Source: an uncultured Gammaproteobacteria bacterium (GTDB taxonomy: Bacteria > Patescibacteriota > Patescibacteriia > UBA9934). Taken from it: 64,000 bases of DNA. The stretch is taken from contig CAYVLY010000001.1 of the NCBI GenBank assembly GCA_964452565.1, positions 515,053 through 579,052 of the forward strand, written 5' to 3'. Positions 46,876 to 59,800 of the stretch are shown here, in pieces. The position numbers and the translations under genes are program-made. Every line of letters starts with the position of its first letter. Within the stretch, counting starts at the first letter, position 1. The notes beneath the pieces are model-generated. The model saw only the letters and a list, made by a program, of their open reading frames with translations, was not told the DNA's origin and made no database searches.

Positions 46876-47568
46876 TTATTTATTCTTTTCCGATCGCTTC
46901 TTGGATTGCTCCTCGCGCCACTTGGCGATCTTTGCATGGTCACCTGAAAGCAATATCTTTGGGACTTTCAACTCTTTTGATCCAAGTCCTTCTTTAAACT
47001 TATAGATCTCTGGCTTTGTATACTGCGGATACTCAAGGACTCCAGTTTGATTATAAGATTCCGATTCCAACGAAGACTCTTCCCCAAGCACACCTGGCAC
47101 ATTCCGAGCAATCGCATCAGTCATAATCAAAGCCGGCAATTCACCACCAGTTAAAACATACTCTCCAACAGAGAATACTTCATCAGCAATAGCTTCTTCG
47201 ACTCTGTGATCGATGCCTTCGTAACGCCCACAAATAAAAATCAGTTGATCGAACTTGGCCAAACGCTTTGCGTCACTCTGTGTAAACATCTTCCCATTTG
47301 CCGCAGTGAGAATCACGCGCGTCTTCTTCTTTCCGATCTTATTTCGAACCTTGCGCACTGCAGAATCAATCGGTTGCACAGTCATAAGCATTCCTGGTCC
47401 CCCACCGTATGGCGTATCATCAACCTTCTTGTGCTTATCTTTTGAGAACTTCCGCAGATCGTGTGCTTTGATCTTTATCAACTTCTTCTTTTGCGCACGC
47501 CCCAAGATCGACGCCTTTACATACGGCTGGATTACATCTGGAAAGAGAGTAAGGATATCGAATTTCAT
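46876..47568 (-). CDS. trmD: tRNA (guanine-N1)-methyltransferase
   Basis: ILTLFP, VDDTPYGGGPGM, CGRYEGID.R, YVLTGGE, LEYPQYT. Confidence 0.97.
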   Translation of the reverse strand: MKFDILTLFPDVIQPYVKASILGRAQKKKLIKIKAHDLRKFSKDKHKKVDDTPYGGGPGMLMTVQPIDSAVRKVRNKIGKKKTRVILTAANGKMFTQSDAKRLAKFDQLIFICGRYEGIDHRVEEAIADEVFSVGEYVLTGGELPALIMTDAIARNVPGVLGEESSLESESYNQTGVLEYPQYTKPEIYKFKEGLGSKELKVPKILLSGDHAKIAKWREEQSKKRSEKNK

Positions 47569-47632
47569 AATATCCTCATTGTAGCATGTCGGGAAAACAA
47601 AAACAGACCCGCGGGTCTGTTTTTGATTCACT

Positions 47633-47995
47633 TTACAGTGAGAGGTTATCTACAACTGAAGTATCTGTATCCTCTTCCTCAGATGCCGCTGGTGTCTCAG
47701 CCTCTGCAGCTGCTGCCTTTTGCTCAAGGTGCTGCTGTCGTGAACCTTCTGGTTCGTAGATCTTTAGGTTAACTCGTGCATTCTCACGTGCTCCAATCTT
47801 TTTGAGCAATGTGCGGATTGCACGCGCTGTCTGACCTTGTCGGCCAACCACATACCCCATATCCTCTGGGTTTATGTGAAGTGTGATAAGCACTCCTCGC
47901 TCATCAACAGTGCGCTCTGTTCGAACGTCATCTGGATTGTTAACGATCGCCTTCACAATGAATTCTGTAAATTCCTGATCAAACTCCTTAGCCAT
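47633..47995 (-). CDS. khpA: KH-domain RNA-binding protein KhpA
   Basis: IVKAIV.NPDDV, PEDMGYVVGRQGQTARAIRTLL; adjacent to trmD. Confidence 0.88.
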   Translation of the reverse strand: MAKEFDQEFTEFIVKAIVNNPDDVRTERTVDERGVLITLHINPEDMGYVVGRQGQTARAIRTLLKKIGARENARVNLKIYEPEGSRQQHLEQKAAAAEAETPAASEEEDTDTSVVDNLSL

Positions 47996-48180
47996 ATTAG
48001 CTTTTCGGTCAATTATTAATCGTGCGATAGATAAACTATTGCCTAAAAATAATAGCAAATAACAAGCTCCTGAGTCAATCTTATAGTCACAATCCGGTGT
48101 AGAAATCAAAGGCTTGAATATCGCCTCAAACCTGCCAAGATCGGCCACTTTTTGTCCACTTTCTGTCCTCACAAAAATCC

Positions 48181-48209
48181 TTGACACATTTTAGGAGGTT
48201 TAGTACAAT
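48181..48209 (+). promoter_or_regulatory. 16S rRNA promoter
   Basis: TTGACA-17-TACAAT. Confidence 0.8.
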
Positions 48210-48363
48210 GCCCGCGCTACCTGAGAGTAGCAAAGAACCTTCACAATTGTGCGATTACAACGTCTTCGAAGCTCTTAGTAGTTTCGAATTCTAGATTTCT
48301 TCGGAAATCTAAATATTCCAAATAAATTCAAATCAGCAGAGATCTTGTCAAATCAAGAAACTT

Positions 48364-49855
<1,492 letters not shown>

Positions 49856-50011
49856 TAGGGATAGAAAGAGTCGATTGTTGTGCGTCTTAGACAAACAACA
49901 AGCTTACATAGTAAGCAAAACCTTGGAATGACGTTGTAATCGCACAGATGTGAAGACAACAATAAAAACACCCTCACACCTACAATAGGTGTGAGGGTGT
50001 TTTGTTTTATG

Positions 50012-50494
50012 CTATTCTGATAAATCTGATGCAGCTTCTGCTCGAACTGCATCCATTGTTTCCGGCGTGACCCAAGTCGATACTTCAAGTGCATTGCACG
50101 CCATCTGCGCATACATTGCCTCTTCTGCCGTATATGACACTCCGCCATAACCATATATCCATGCAACGCTCTCGCTCACAGTGTTTGGTGTGGCCATGCA
50201 TCCACCATACTCAGAGTATGGGCATGTAAGGTTTGAAAACTCATAGCCTGGAGCCGAGCAGCTCAGTTCCATCTGCTCCTGCGTCCAAAAAGAACCAACG
50301 AAATCAACACAGTTGCTACCGATCGAAATCATATTGCAACTTCCTTTGATCAGATTGTCACCATTGATCTCTTCGATGAGCTCATAAACATCTTCCTCAT
50401 AATCTACATCTTCGACTTCCCCATCAGGCCCTTGGCAGGCGCCGCCAAACAATACAAGTGTTGGGATCAAAAACAAAAGCGATAAATATTTCAT
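50012..50494 (-). CDS. Cys-rich lipoprotein
   Basis: Lipobox-like FGGAC after a hydrophobic signal. Confidence 0.75.
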   Translation of the reverse strand: MKYLSLLFLIPTLVLFGGACQGPDGEVEDVDYEEDVYELIEEINGDNLIKGSCNMISIGSNCVDFVGSFWTQEQMELSCSAPGYEFSNLTCPYSEYGGCMATPNTVSESVAWIYGYGGVSYTAEEAMYAQMACNALEVSTWVTPETMDAVRAEAASDLSE

Positions 50495-50561
50495 ATAACT
50501 CTATGATAACAAAAAACCGCCGGTCTGTGACTGGTGGCTTTTTGGTAGAAGCAAGATAACC

Positions 50562-50825
50562 CTATTCGATTGAAATTACCTGGAGCCCCTTTTCCTCAAT
50601 ATCCTCTTTTGGCCAAAAAAGGTCGTTGATATCGAACTTGCCGACATATGTCACTTTCTTTGAGCAGCTCCTACCTGTATATTCTTTCGTTGTAGGATCC
50701 CACTCTTCAAGGATCAAAACATCACCCTCGTTTACATCAAAATCATTAAGCCGCAATTCATATTTTTTCTTTCCAGAGATAATGGCCTCAAAGTATTCTG
50801 GCCAGATTTTTTTCTTTATTTCCAT
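50562..50825 (-). CDS. DUF3850/ASCH-like (PUA) domain protein
   Basis: KIWPEYF.AI.SG.K.YELR.ND....GD.L.L.EW. Confidence 0.85.
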   Translation of the reverse strand: MEIKKKIWPEYFEAIISGKKKYELRLNDFDVNEGDVLILEEWDPTTKEYTGRSCSKKVTYVGKFDINDLFWPKEDIEEKGLQVISIE

Positions 50826-50863
50826 ATATACTTTATTAAACACCATCTAACAGAAAACTCATG

Positions 50864-52975
50864 TTAGCTTATATCAAGGTACTCAAGAACAGACATCTTA
50901 TACTTAGCCTTGAATGCTTTATCCATCTTTTCTACAGGATCTGCACCCAGGAAAGAGATGAGATCAAGCAATGCCTTTTTGCGGTCGCTTAGATCTGCAA
51001 TGTCTCTCAGGCCTTCAATCTCAGTCTCAATCTCAAAGTACTTCATTTTATCGTCAAGTGGCAACTGCCAAAACAAGAGAAAACCTCTTTCCGGAAAATC
51101 GACATCAATTATGTTAAAACAATGCAACATTACAGCCTTTTCCAAGTCCATCATCATCTGATCGATCTCTGATCTCACATTAACTAATTCATCAGGGTCC
51201 ATGGGGCCGGTACCGATCTCAAAGTACATCTTTATCTTTGGCTCTGTGCCAGATGGCCTAATAGTCACCCTCAAACTCATAGCCAAACCTTTGGGTTTGA
51301 GATGAAAAATTAGCATGTCTTTTGATCGCCTATCAGTCTCAGAAACAATCGGCTTTCTCAGCTGACAATCCTCAAGCTCATCAATCTCGAACTCACCAAA
51401 ACTATTTGGATGATCGCTGCGCAGCGCTGCCTGAATCTTATGTATCTTCTCATGACCCATGGCACCAAGCATGCGAACCTCAGTCAAGTAATTCTTAAAG
51501 TAACCATACTTAACATAGATATCATCAAGATAATCTATTAAACCTTTTCCCTCCTTTTTCTGCTCAGCAAGCAACTCTGAAAGCCAAATCGCTGGCGTAA
51601 CAGCATCTTTATCACGTGAATAATCCCCCGCTAAATAGCCATTACTCTCCTCGCAACTAAACAAAACTCCACCTATCTTCCCTTCTCTCTCCAGTTTATT
51701 CATCTCGTCGGCGATGTACTTATAGCCAACCAACAAATCGCCAATTATCCCAATGTTATTTTGCTCACAAATCTCTTTAACTAATCCTGTTGTGACTGAA
51801 GTTTTTATTATTACTTCATTTCCTTTGAATTCATGCTTACGCTTTTGTACAACATACTCAGATAAGATAGTTGCTATTTGATGACCATCCAAAAAAATCC
51901 AATCATCATTCTGTTTCACCATGGCGCCAAACCTATCAGCATCTGGATCACTATTCAAAATTATGTCAGCGTCTTCTTCTTTTGCGAATTTTAGTGTGGT
52001 ATTAAAAGACTCAATTACCTCAGGATTTGGAATGTTAAATGTAATGTTTTCAAATGCCCCACTTGGATTACTGGTTTTCGGATCCTCTCTTATATCAAAA
52101 CCCTCCTGCTTCATTACCCTATAAACCGATGTTACTCCACAGCCATGGAGAGGTGTATATACGATATTGACGTCCCTTTCATCAGACAATGAAACGCTCG
52201 CTGCGGCATTAATATATGCATCATCAATATCCTTACCAAGGATCGAAATTAACCCTTGTGCCAATGCATCATTGTATGGCATCTCAAGAATTTCTCTTAC
52301 ATTGTCTGTAACCTCGTTAACCAATTCCTCATCATCCGGTGGAATCAATTGGCCACCAAATTCATCATAGATCTTTTTACCGTTGTGATCTGGTGGATTG
52401 TGTGATGCTGAAATATTAGCGCCAGCAACAGCCCCCAACTGCCTAATCGCAAATGACATCTCTGGGGTTGTTCTAATATCTTCATAAGTATAAACCTTGA
52501 TCCCATTGGCTGCGTAAACTTTAGCTGCAGCCATAGCAAGGCCCTTACTTGAAAGGTCATTCACTGGACTGGTAATATCGTCACTCAAGTACTTACTGCC
52601 CGGAAACTGCCTAACGTCAAACACCAAAACAATGCCCCTTTCCTTGGCTTGGTCGCCATACTTTTTTAATAAATACTGAGAATGACCTTGAGCTGATGCT
52701 TTGACGCTCCATTTATTGATTCTATTTGGGCCAATACCTACTTCTCCACGCCTTCCACCTGTTCCAAATGGCATAACTTGATAAAAAGAATCCAATATAT
52801 AATTCCAACTTTTGTTAGAAACTAGATGTTTGATCTGTGGAAGATAGTCCTTATATTCATCATTAGTCACCCAATCTTCCAAAAAAACCAAAGCGCTTTC
52901 TTTGTATTTCTCACCAACTTTTAGATCAGAAAAGCCTTCTCTTACTTCATTAATCAATGATTGCATAATTGTCAT
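50864..52975 (-). CDS. Phosphoglucomutase/phosphomannomutase family protein
   Basis: FGTGG.RG, SASHNP, DPDADR, EESNGY, RPSGTEPKIK. Confidence 0.93.
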   Translation of the reverse strand: MTIMQSLINEVREGFSDLKVGEKYKESALVFLEDWVTNDEYKDYLPQIKHLVSNKSWNYILDSFYQVMPFGTGGRRGEVGIGPNRINKWSVKASAQGHSQYLLKKYGDQAKERGIVLVFDVRQFPGSKYLSDDITSPVNDLSSKGLAMAAAKVYAANGIKVYTYEDIRTTPEMSFAIRQLGAVAGANISASHNPPDHNGKKIYDEFGGQLIPPDDEELVNEVTDNVREILEMPYNDALAQGLISILGKDIDDAYINAAASVSLSDERDVNIVYTPLHGCGVTSVYRVMKQEGFDIREDPKTSNPSGAFENITFNIPNPEVIESFNTTLKFAKEEDADIILNSDPDADRFGAMVKQNDDWIFLDGHQIATILSEYVVQKRKHEFKGNEVIIKTSVTTGLVKEICEQNNIGIIGDLLVGYKYIADEMNKLEREGKIGGVLFSCEESNGYLAGDYSRDKDAVTPAIWLSELLAEQKKEGKGLIDYLDDIYVKYGYFKNYLTEVRMLGAMGHEKIHKIQAALRSDHPNSFGEFEIDELEDCQLRKPIVSETDRRSKDMLIFHLKPKGLAMSLRVTIRPSGTEPKIKMYFEIGTGPMDPDELVNVRSEIDQMMMDLEKAVMLHCFNIIDVDFPERGFLLFWQLPLDDKMKYFEIETEIEGLRDIADLSDRKKALLDLISFLGADPVEKMDKAFKAKYKMSVLEYLDIS

Positions 52976-53131
52976 TTAGATAATCAAAACCGGGCGTTGC
53001 TATAGAATTTTACCAAATTAACAAGGAACAACCAAGGTAGCCTGTACCAAGATGAACTCAACAAAAAACCGCCAAGCTGAGCTTGATGGCTTTTCGTAGT
53101 CCGCCATAGCTCCGTTAGGAGCGACGGTGGA

Positions 53132-53208
53132 TGGTGGGTGTGGGAGGACTCGAACCTCCGACCTCAGTCTTATCAGGACTGCGCTCTAACCACCTGAGCT
53201 ACACACCC
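53132..53208 (-). tRNA. tRNA-Ile (GAT)
   Basis: Reverse-complement cloverleaf, CAGTC-CTGATAA-GACTG, CCA. Confidence 0.95.
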
Positions 53209-53317
53209 GCATTAATTATCAAAAGCGCGATAATCATACGTAAATTTTGCTGTTTAGTCAAGGGGAATAAAGCCCTTGCCAGATGGGTATTTTTCTGGTA
53301 TATTTCTGACGCAGAAT

Positions 53318-53394
53318 CGGGGATTAGCTCAGTAGGCTAGAGCGCTTGGTTTGGGACCAAGAGGTCGTGAGTTCGAGTCTCGCATCCCCGACCA
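53318..53394 (+). tRNA. tRNA-Pro (TGG)
   Basis: CGGGGAT/ATCCCCG, CTTGG-TTTGGGA-CCAAG, CCA. Confidence 0.95.
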
Positions 53395-53422
53395 GCAAAA
53401 AATAATATAGAATAAAGATGAC

Positions 53423-53497
53423 GCCGGAGTAGCTCAGTGGTAGAGCGAGGGCCTGAAGAGCCCTGCGTCGGGGGTTCAATTCCCTCCTCCGGCACCA
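53423..53497 (+). tRNA. tRNA-Phe (GAA)
   Basis: GCCGGAG/CTCCGGC, AGGGC-CTGAAGA-GCCCT, CCA. Confidence 0.95.
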
Positions 53498-53690
53498 GAA
53501 GAATACGATTTAGTTGAATCGTGTTTTTCTTTTTGCCTTAGCGAATTATCTGAGCCAGATTTTACCTTATTCTAATGTCAGAAATGCCTTCTTATTTTGA
53601 ACCTGGGACCTTGACATGGACCAATTTTTTTGATACATTCTTGCGTTGCGCAGCAATACGCTGTGGTAAACGATCCACCCTGGAGGACTC

Positions 53691-54410
53691 ATGTACCGAA
53701 ACGAAGCGGGCACCCTGCCCTTCCTGACAACGCACCTGGGGAATATCGCGCGGAGCCGTGAACTCGGCTTGCGCTTCCTGACCGCAGGTGACCAGCAGCA
53801 GCACGGCATGAACGGTGTGAGCCAGATCAGCATGCTTGTCGATCGCCTGCGCATCGCCCGCTGGATGATCCTGATCTTCCTCTTCGAGGAGGCACAGCAC
53901 ACGGGACACGAACAGGAGGCGACGGAGCACCCGTGGACGACGATCGGGCCGCTCAATCCGTCAGCCATGCCCATGGCAGAGCTGGCGACCCTGTTCGAGG
54001 GGTCCGATCTCGCCGGGGTGCTGTCGCAGATCTCGGACGACCTGAAGGACGTGACCTGGGACCAAGGCAACGAAGACAGTCGGAGCCTCCTGATCATGCT
54101 CAGCATCCAGCTCCGCCAGTGCGCCGACCACCTCGCGCGCATCGTGCACTTGTGCAACGTCAGCTACGGGATCCCCGCCGACCATTCCGCCATGTTCGAG
54201 TGCATCGACCGTATCGCGCCTAAGGACATGACGGCGCTCATGAGCGGCATGGGAGGCATGATGGGACCCGGCGCGTTCAACATGTCGTGGAAGGACGCCA
54301 GAACGCATGTTCGCACCTTCGCCGAGCGACTGCTCGATATCGCTATCGAGATCATCGCCCCCGAGGCGATCAACCGAGGCTACGAGCAGAGCAACGCCGC
54401 AGCGTCCTAA
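53691..54410 (+). CDS. GC-rich helical hypothetical protein
   Basis: Promoter TTGACA-17-TACATT at 53611-53639, CCCTGGAGG SD, 3' hairpin. Confidence 0.78.
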   Translation: MYRNEAGTLPFLTTHLGNIARSRELGLRFLTAGDQQQHGMNGVSQISMLVDRLRIARWMILIFLFEEAQHTGHEQEATEHPWTTIGPLNPSAMPMAELATLFEGSDLAGVLSQISDDLKDVTWDQGNEDSRSLLIMLSIQLRQCADHLARIVHLCNVSYGIPADHSAMFECIDRIAPKDMTALMSGMGGMMGPGAFNMSWKDARTHVRTFAERLLDIAIEIIAPEAINRGYEQSNAAAS

Positions 54411-54647
54411 GCTAGAAGCCTGAACAACCTCGCCGCCCACCGCGAGCCGCCCCTGCGGTCTCACCTCGGTGGGCGGTTTCGTATTTAATAAGCAAAATAC
54501 ATTCTCACCTGCTCCATTAGACCCGGCCAAAAAAACCCCACCATCTCCTCAGAACTTACTGCCCACGAAATGACAAAAGGTGCTTTCTTTACCCCACTCT
54601 TTACAAAACACCTAATATTTGTTACTATTTTTTCGCAATCAAAGGCC

Positions 54648-54722
54648 GCGGGTATTGTATAACGGCTATTACGTCAGCCTTCCAAGCTGAATATGCGGGT
54701 TCGATTCCCGCTACCCGCTCCA
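54648..54722 (+). tRNA. tRNA-Gly (TCC)
   Basis: GCGGGTA/TACCCGC, TCAGC-CTTCCAA-GCTGA, CCA. Confidence 0.93.
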
Positions 54723-55047
54723 GAAAGACCTCGACCTTCATGGTCGGGGTTTTTCTGCTGTGTGTGGGATGAGAACCCGCAGTGGGGTTCGATAACACGA
54801 CGAGGCGAGCGAAGCAGAAATGCTAGCATTTCTATTTCCGAGCCGAGGAGTAGGTATATAGCGCAGCCATATCCCCGCTACCCGCTCCATGAAAAAGGGT
54901 CACCGAAAGGTGGCTTTTTTCATGGACTGCAGAATATCGAACCCGCAGTAAGGGTTCGATAATTCCCGCCTGCCCTGCAGTGAACCAAAGGTTCTACTGT
55001 CAGGGCCACCCGCTCCAAGAATACACCTCGAAAGAGGTGTGTTTTTG
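54723..55047 (+). repeat. Tandem tRNA-Gly 3'-end duplications (integration scars or mini-elements)
   Basis: CCCGCTACCCGCTCCA at 54874-54889 and GCCACCCGCTCCA at 55005-55017, each followed by a terminator; GAACCCGCAGT..GGGTTCGATA twice. Confidence 0.7.
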
Positions 55048-55085
55048 TTATTGCCTAAAACGAAAATCCGATCTACACTTAAACC

Positions 55086-56081
55086 ATGAAAACGCTCGTC
55101 AAATACTGCAATCGATATCTACCGCTTTATGCAATACAGTATTGGTACAGGGGTGGAACTTTTGAAACTAGGAAACTTCTTGGAGTGCCGTTCACTCCAC
55201 TTTTTCATTATCAAAGTGGAAAGGCGGTAACGGTCTATTTTGAAAAAGAAGAGATGAAAACAGCTGAAGAGGGGTTTATAAAATATTATCTACAAAACCC
55301 AAAACAATTTGAAAAGGACATTAAAGAATATCGAACGCTTTATGAGGAGGCGATGATTGCTGCGGACAAAAAAGATATTGCTACACTTTTCGGAAACGTG
55401 GTAAAAATGTGGCCAACGCTCAATGCCATAATGTCCTTAGGTGAAATGAAAGCTGCTGATCGTCTTGCTAAAAACCTAAAGGATGTAGCTATCCAGGCAC
55501 GTAACGAGACAGACCAGTTCATGTACAATATTGGCAATAAAATTTGGGATTCGATTGGCTCATTCGCCGATGATGATGCAAAAAGCATGCTTACTATAGA
55601 GGAGATAATAGACGAAAAGTGCCCATCACCAGAAGATATTTATAAACGAAAACAAGAATTCATTTATACAAACGATGGATTAATTACAGGTATCAGCTTT
55701 GCTGATTTTCTCAAGGAAAGTGATTTCACATTGGAAGGAGAACAAACAGCTGATGATATCAGCGAGTTTTCTGGTGATGTTGCTTATGCTGGTAAGGCAA
55801 CCGAAAGAGTTCGCTTGGTTTTGGAATATAAAGACATGTATGAATTCGAGGAGGGCGAGGTACTTGTAAGCTCAATGACAGTACCTGATTTTCTTCCAGT
55901 TATGAAAAAAGCCTCAGCCTTTATAACTGACGAGGGTGGGGTCACATGTCACGCAGCAGTTATCGCACGCGAGATGAAAAAACCATGCATCATCGGAACC
56001 AAAGTCGCAACACAAATTCTAAAAAATGGAGACGAGGTCGAAGTAGATGCAAACAGTGGAATTATAAAAATCATCAATTAA
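55086..56081 (+). CDS. PEP-utilizing enzyme mobile (phosphohistidine) domain protein
   Basis: VLV..MT.PD, ITDEGGVTCHAAVIARE..KPCIIGT. Confidence 0.88.
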   Translation: MKTLVKYCNRYLPLYAIQYWYRGGTFETRKLLGVPFTPLFHYQSGKAVTVYFEKEEMKTAEEGFIKYYLQNPKQFEKDIKEYRTLYEEAMIAADKKDIATLFGNVVKMWPTLNAIMSLGEMKAADRLAKNLKDVAIQARNETDQFMYNIGNKIWDSIGSFADDDAKSMLTIEEIIDEKCPSPEDIYKRKQEFIYTNDGLITGISFADFLKESDFTLEGEQTADDISEFSGDVAYAGKATERVRLVLEYKDMYEFEEGEVLVSSMTVPDFLPVMKKASAFITDEGGVTCHAAVIAREMKKPCIIGTKVATQILKNGDEVEVDANSGIIKIIN

Positions 56082-56182
56082 AATAGAACGATACTAATTC
56101 AGAACACACCCCACGAGGGTGTTTTTGTCTCCCAAAAGCAAAAGCACCCTACCGGAGTAGGGCGCGCGGGTGTGTTTGGATG

Positions 56183-56704
56183 TTAGGCCGCGAAGATACC
56201 AGCGACCCATCCGCCAAGAATGAGGAATCTGAGTTTCTGTCCTTGGTATTCGACGATGTGCTCAATTCTTTCAGCCTGAGCGATTGACGAATGCATCATC
56301 TGCTCAACGATCTGCATGAAAGATGATGGCTTGTCGCGAACCATAACATAGCATTCTGCATCGGGATCATCCTCATCTTCACAGAGAAGAGCTTGAGGCT
56401 TCCACTCCCTATCATACTGATAGCGATCAATGCATAGTCCATACATCAAACGCCGCTCCAGTGCATCTGACAGACGATTGAAGGCTGTCACAGGATCCAA
56501 GACGCTGCCGGAAGTATTACGGTCCATAACCCACCGAGCCACTGCCGTCACCACCTCGTCGTCATCACAAGCATCAAGCAGGAATCCGTGATCTACTTGC
56601 ACCCAAACATCCGCCTTTTGCTTGGGCCGTGATGGAATATGCGTTACTCGCGGATCTTCCATGCTTTGCCCTGCATTGAATAACGCACTCATTATTTCAA
56701 ACAT
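56183..56704 (-). CDS. Hypothetical protein
   Basis: GAGGAGG SD; minus-strand promoter TTGACA-17-TACCTT (56781-56753). Confidence 0.7.
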   Translation of the reverse strand: MFEIMSALFNAGQSMEDPRVTHIPSRPKQKADVWVQVDHGFLLDACDDDEVVTAVARWVMDRNTSGSVLDPVTAFNRLSDALERRLMYGLCIDRYQYDREWKPQALLCEDEDDPDAECYVMVRDKPSSFMQIVEQMMHSSIAQAERIEHIVEYQGQKLRFLILGGWVAGIFAA

Positions 56705-56875
56705 ACTCCCTCCTCTCAAAAGTACATGCCGAAATCCATTTTCGACCAACGTAAGGTAGCAAGAAAAAGCCTCTATGTCAATGAAACAAACCCTAAAAAC
56801 ACGCATCCTTAATAAAAACAAATCTTTCCCCAACCTCAGCCACACATGCCCCCTTCCCTGCTATAATAAATTTGT

Positions 56876-59800
56876 ATGAGAACCAAAGGCAACGAAATCA
56901 ATTTCCCAAAAATAATTGAGCACGTATCTGATGCAGTTTTTGTAAAAGATAGATCTCGGAAGTACATCTTTGTTAATACTGCCGCAGCAAAGATGATCGG
57001 GAAGCCAAAATCAAAAATTATAGGCAAAACCGCTGAGCAAGTTTTTAGTAAGGCTGATGCAGAGAAAATTCGTAAAGTTGACAATGCAAACTTTCAAGGG
57101 AAAAAAGTTGACGTAGTGGAACAGCTTACTAAGAATGGCATCGAGCACTATTTGCACACAGTACAAAACCCGATAAAGGATCGAAATGGAAACATTGTTG
57201 GGATCTCGGGGACTGTGCGTGATGTCACAGAGGAAAGCAAGCAGAAAGAAGAACTGATGGAGGTTAAGGAAAATCTAAGTACCATTACCGATAATCTAAA
57301 AGATGCTATTTTTGCAAAGGATGCTAATCGTAAATACACCTTTGTCAATCCTGCAGCAGCAAAGATGATGGGACTGTCTGTAAGTAAAATTATTGGAAAA
57401 ACTCCTGAACAGATATTCTCAAAAAAAAATGCTCAAAAAATCCGTAAAGTTGATAATAAAAACTTTAGAGGTAAAAAGGTCGATCAAGTTGAAAATCTGA
57501 CAATTAATGGCAGGATCTTTTATCTCCACACTGTTCAAATTCCTATCAAAGGAAAAAATGGAAAAGTAATTGGAATTTCTGGAGTTGTTCGCGATGTAAC
57601 TGATAGCCATGAGAGGCAAAAGCAACTTGAGGATGCAAAAAAAACAGCAGAACGCCTCCTAGATATTGCGGGTGTTATGATCATTGCCCTTGACCCACAA
57701 GGAAAGGTGTCAATGATAAATGAGAGGGGCTGCGAGATTCTAGGCTACAAGCGTGATGAAATTATTGGCAAAGACTGGTTTTATCACTTTTTGCCAAAAG
57801 GGCACATCAAGGAGGTAAAGGGTGTATTTAATAAAATCATCGAGGGTGACCTGAAGCTAACTAAATTCTACGAGAATCCTATTCTACGCAAAGATGGCTC
57901 TCAGAGAATGATCGCTTGGCATAACTCATATGTTGAAGATGAAGATGGAAATATTACAGGTATTTTAAGTTCTGGTGAAGATATTACCGAACGCAAAAAA
58001 GGCGAAGAGGAGTTGAAAGAGAGTGAGCATTTATTAAGTCGGGCGCAGGAGATCACTCATTTGGGTCACTGGAGGCTTGATGCAAAAACCTTAAAGGTAA
58101 CTGGTTCTGATGAACTTTTTAAAATTTTTGGATTTCCTCGTGATCGATCAACGCTGGATGACTTTGCAAAAGTCGTTCACCCAGATGATCGCGAATATGA
58201 CCTTGGAATGATACAGAGGGGTTTAAAAGAGGGAAAACCATGGGACATAGAGCACAGACTGCTGCTAAAAAATGGGACCATAAAACATGTTCATGCTATT
58301 GGTGAGGTAGTTAAAGACAAAAAAGGGAAAGTTGACTATCTCATAGGTACTGTTCAAGATATTACAGAGAAGAAACAAGCCGAACAAACACTTAAAAAAA
58401 GCAAGGAGATCATCGATGTTACAAATCACAGCGTTATTACAACAGACCTCAAAGGAATAATAACTTCCGCAAACAATGGCGCATGTAAGATTTTTGGATA
58501 TTCACCTGATGAACTTATTGGACACCCTGTTTCGCGAATATATCCAGAATCAAGCATAAAAGAACTCAAACATACAATTGGAACACTTAAACAAGGAAAA
58601 TCAATTCTAAACATAAAAGGCCGTGCACAGAGGAAAAACAAAGAAACTATAACAATGCTTGCTTCATTTCACCCTCTAAAAGATGAGCGAGGCAATGTCA
58701 CCGAGCTACTTGGTATATCGCGTGACATATCAAAAGAGGAGGAAGTACAAATGGAGATAAAAAATTTGCAAGAGTATCTGGACCTCCAGGTACAACGCAT
58801 GCCGCTTGGCCTAATTGTGTGGGATGCTGACTTTAAGGTTAAATCTTGGAACCCAATGGCAGAAAAGATCTTTGGGTTCAAAGAGAAAGAAGCGCTCGGA
58901 AAGCACCCCTACGATCTAATAGTCCCAAAAAGCGCACAGAAACATGTTGACAAAATCTGGGGCAGATTATTGGAAGGTGATAAAACAGCTCATAGTGAAA
59001 ATTCAAACTTCACTAAGAATGGAAAGAATATCTTCTGTGCCTGGTCTAATACACCATTAAAGGATGGTAAAAAGGTTGTTGGCGTTCTCTCAATGGTTCA
59101 GGACATTACAGCCAGGAAGCAGGCCCAAGAAGAACTCGTCACCAACGAAGAACGTTATCGAACAGTATTCGAATCTGTAAAAGACATGATAATTGTGGAA
59201 GATGCAAAAACCGGTGAAATTATTGATGTTAATAAAGCTACTGTAGATCAAACCGGATACTCAAAAGAAGAGTTAATGAAAATGGGTGTTGCTGGATTCT
59301 CACCAAAAGGACCAAAGTTCTCACAAAAGAAAATAATAGAAAAGATAAAAAAAGCAGCACAAGGAAAACCACAAACATTTGAATGGGGGTTTGTTCACAA
59401 AAATGGCAAATTGCATCACACAATAGTACACCTTAGCCGCACACAATTCGGAGGCGACTATAGACTTGTTGCTGTGGCAAGTGATGTCACCAAACAAAGA
59501 AAGTTTGAAGAGCAGCTCAGGAGCAATGAAGAGCAATTCAGAACAATCTTTAACTTCTCACCGGCATCTACCGTTCTCTGGGATCTAAGCGGAAAGATTA
59601 TTAGATGTAATGAGATGTTTGTTAGGTTACATAAAGCCAAAGGAGGAAAGGACGCCCAGGTTGGTAGGAACATTGCTGAGTTTGTTTCAAAAGATCAGCA
59701 TAAGTTCTTGGCAGATAGAATTGGTCAAGTTATAAAGACTGGTAAAAACTCTGGAATAATAAACTTCACCATGATGCGTGATGATGGATCGACTTTTAAG

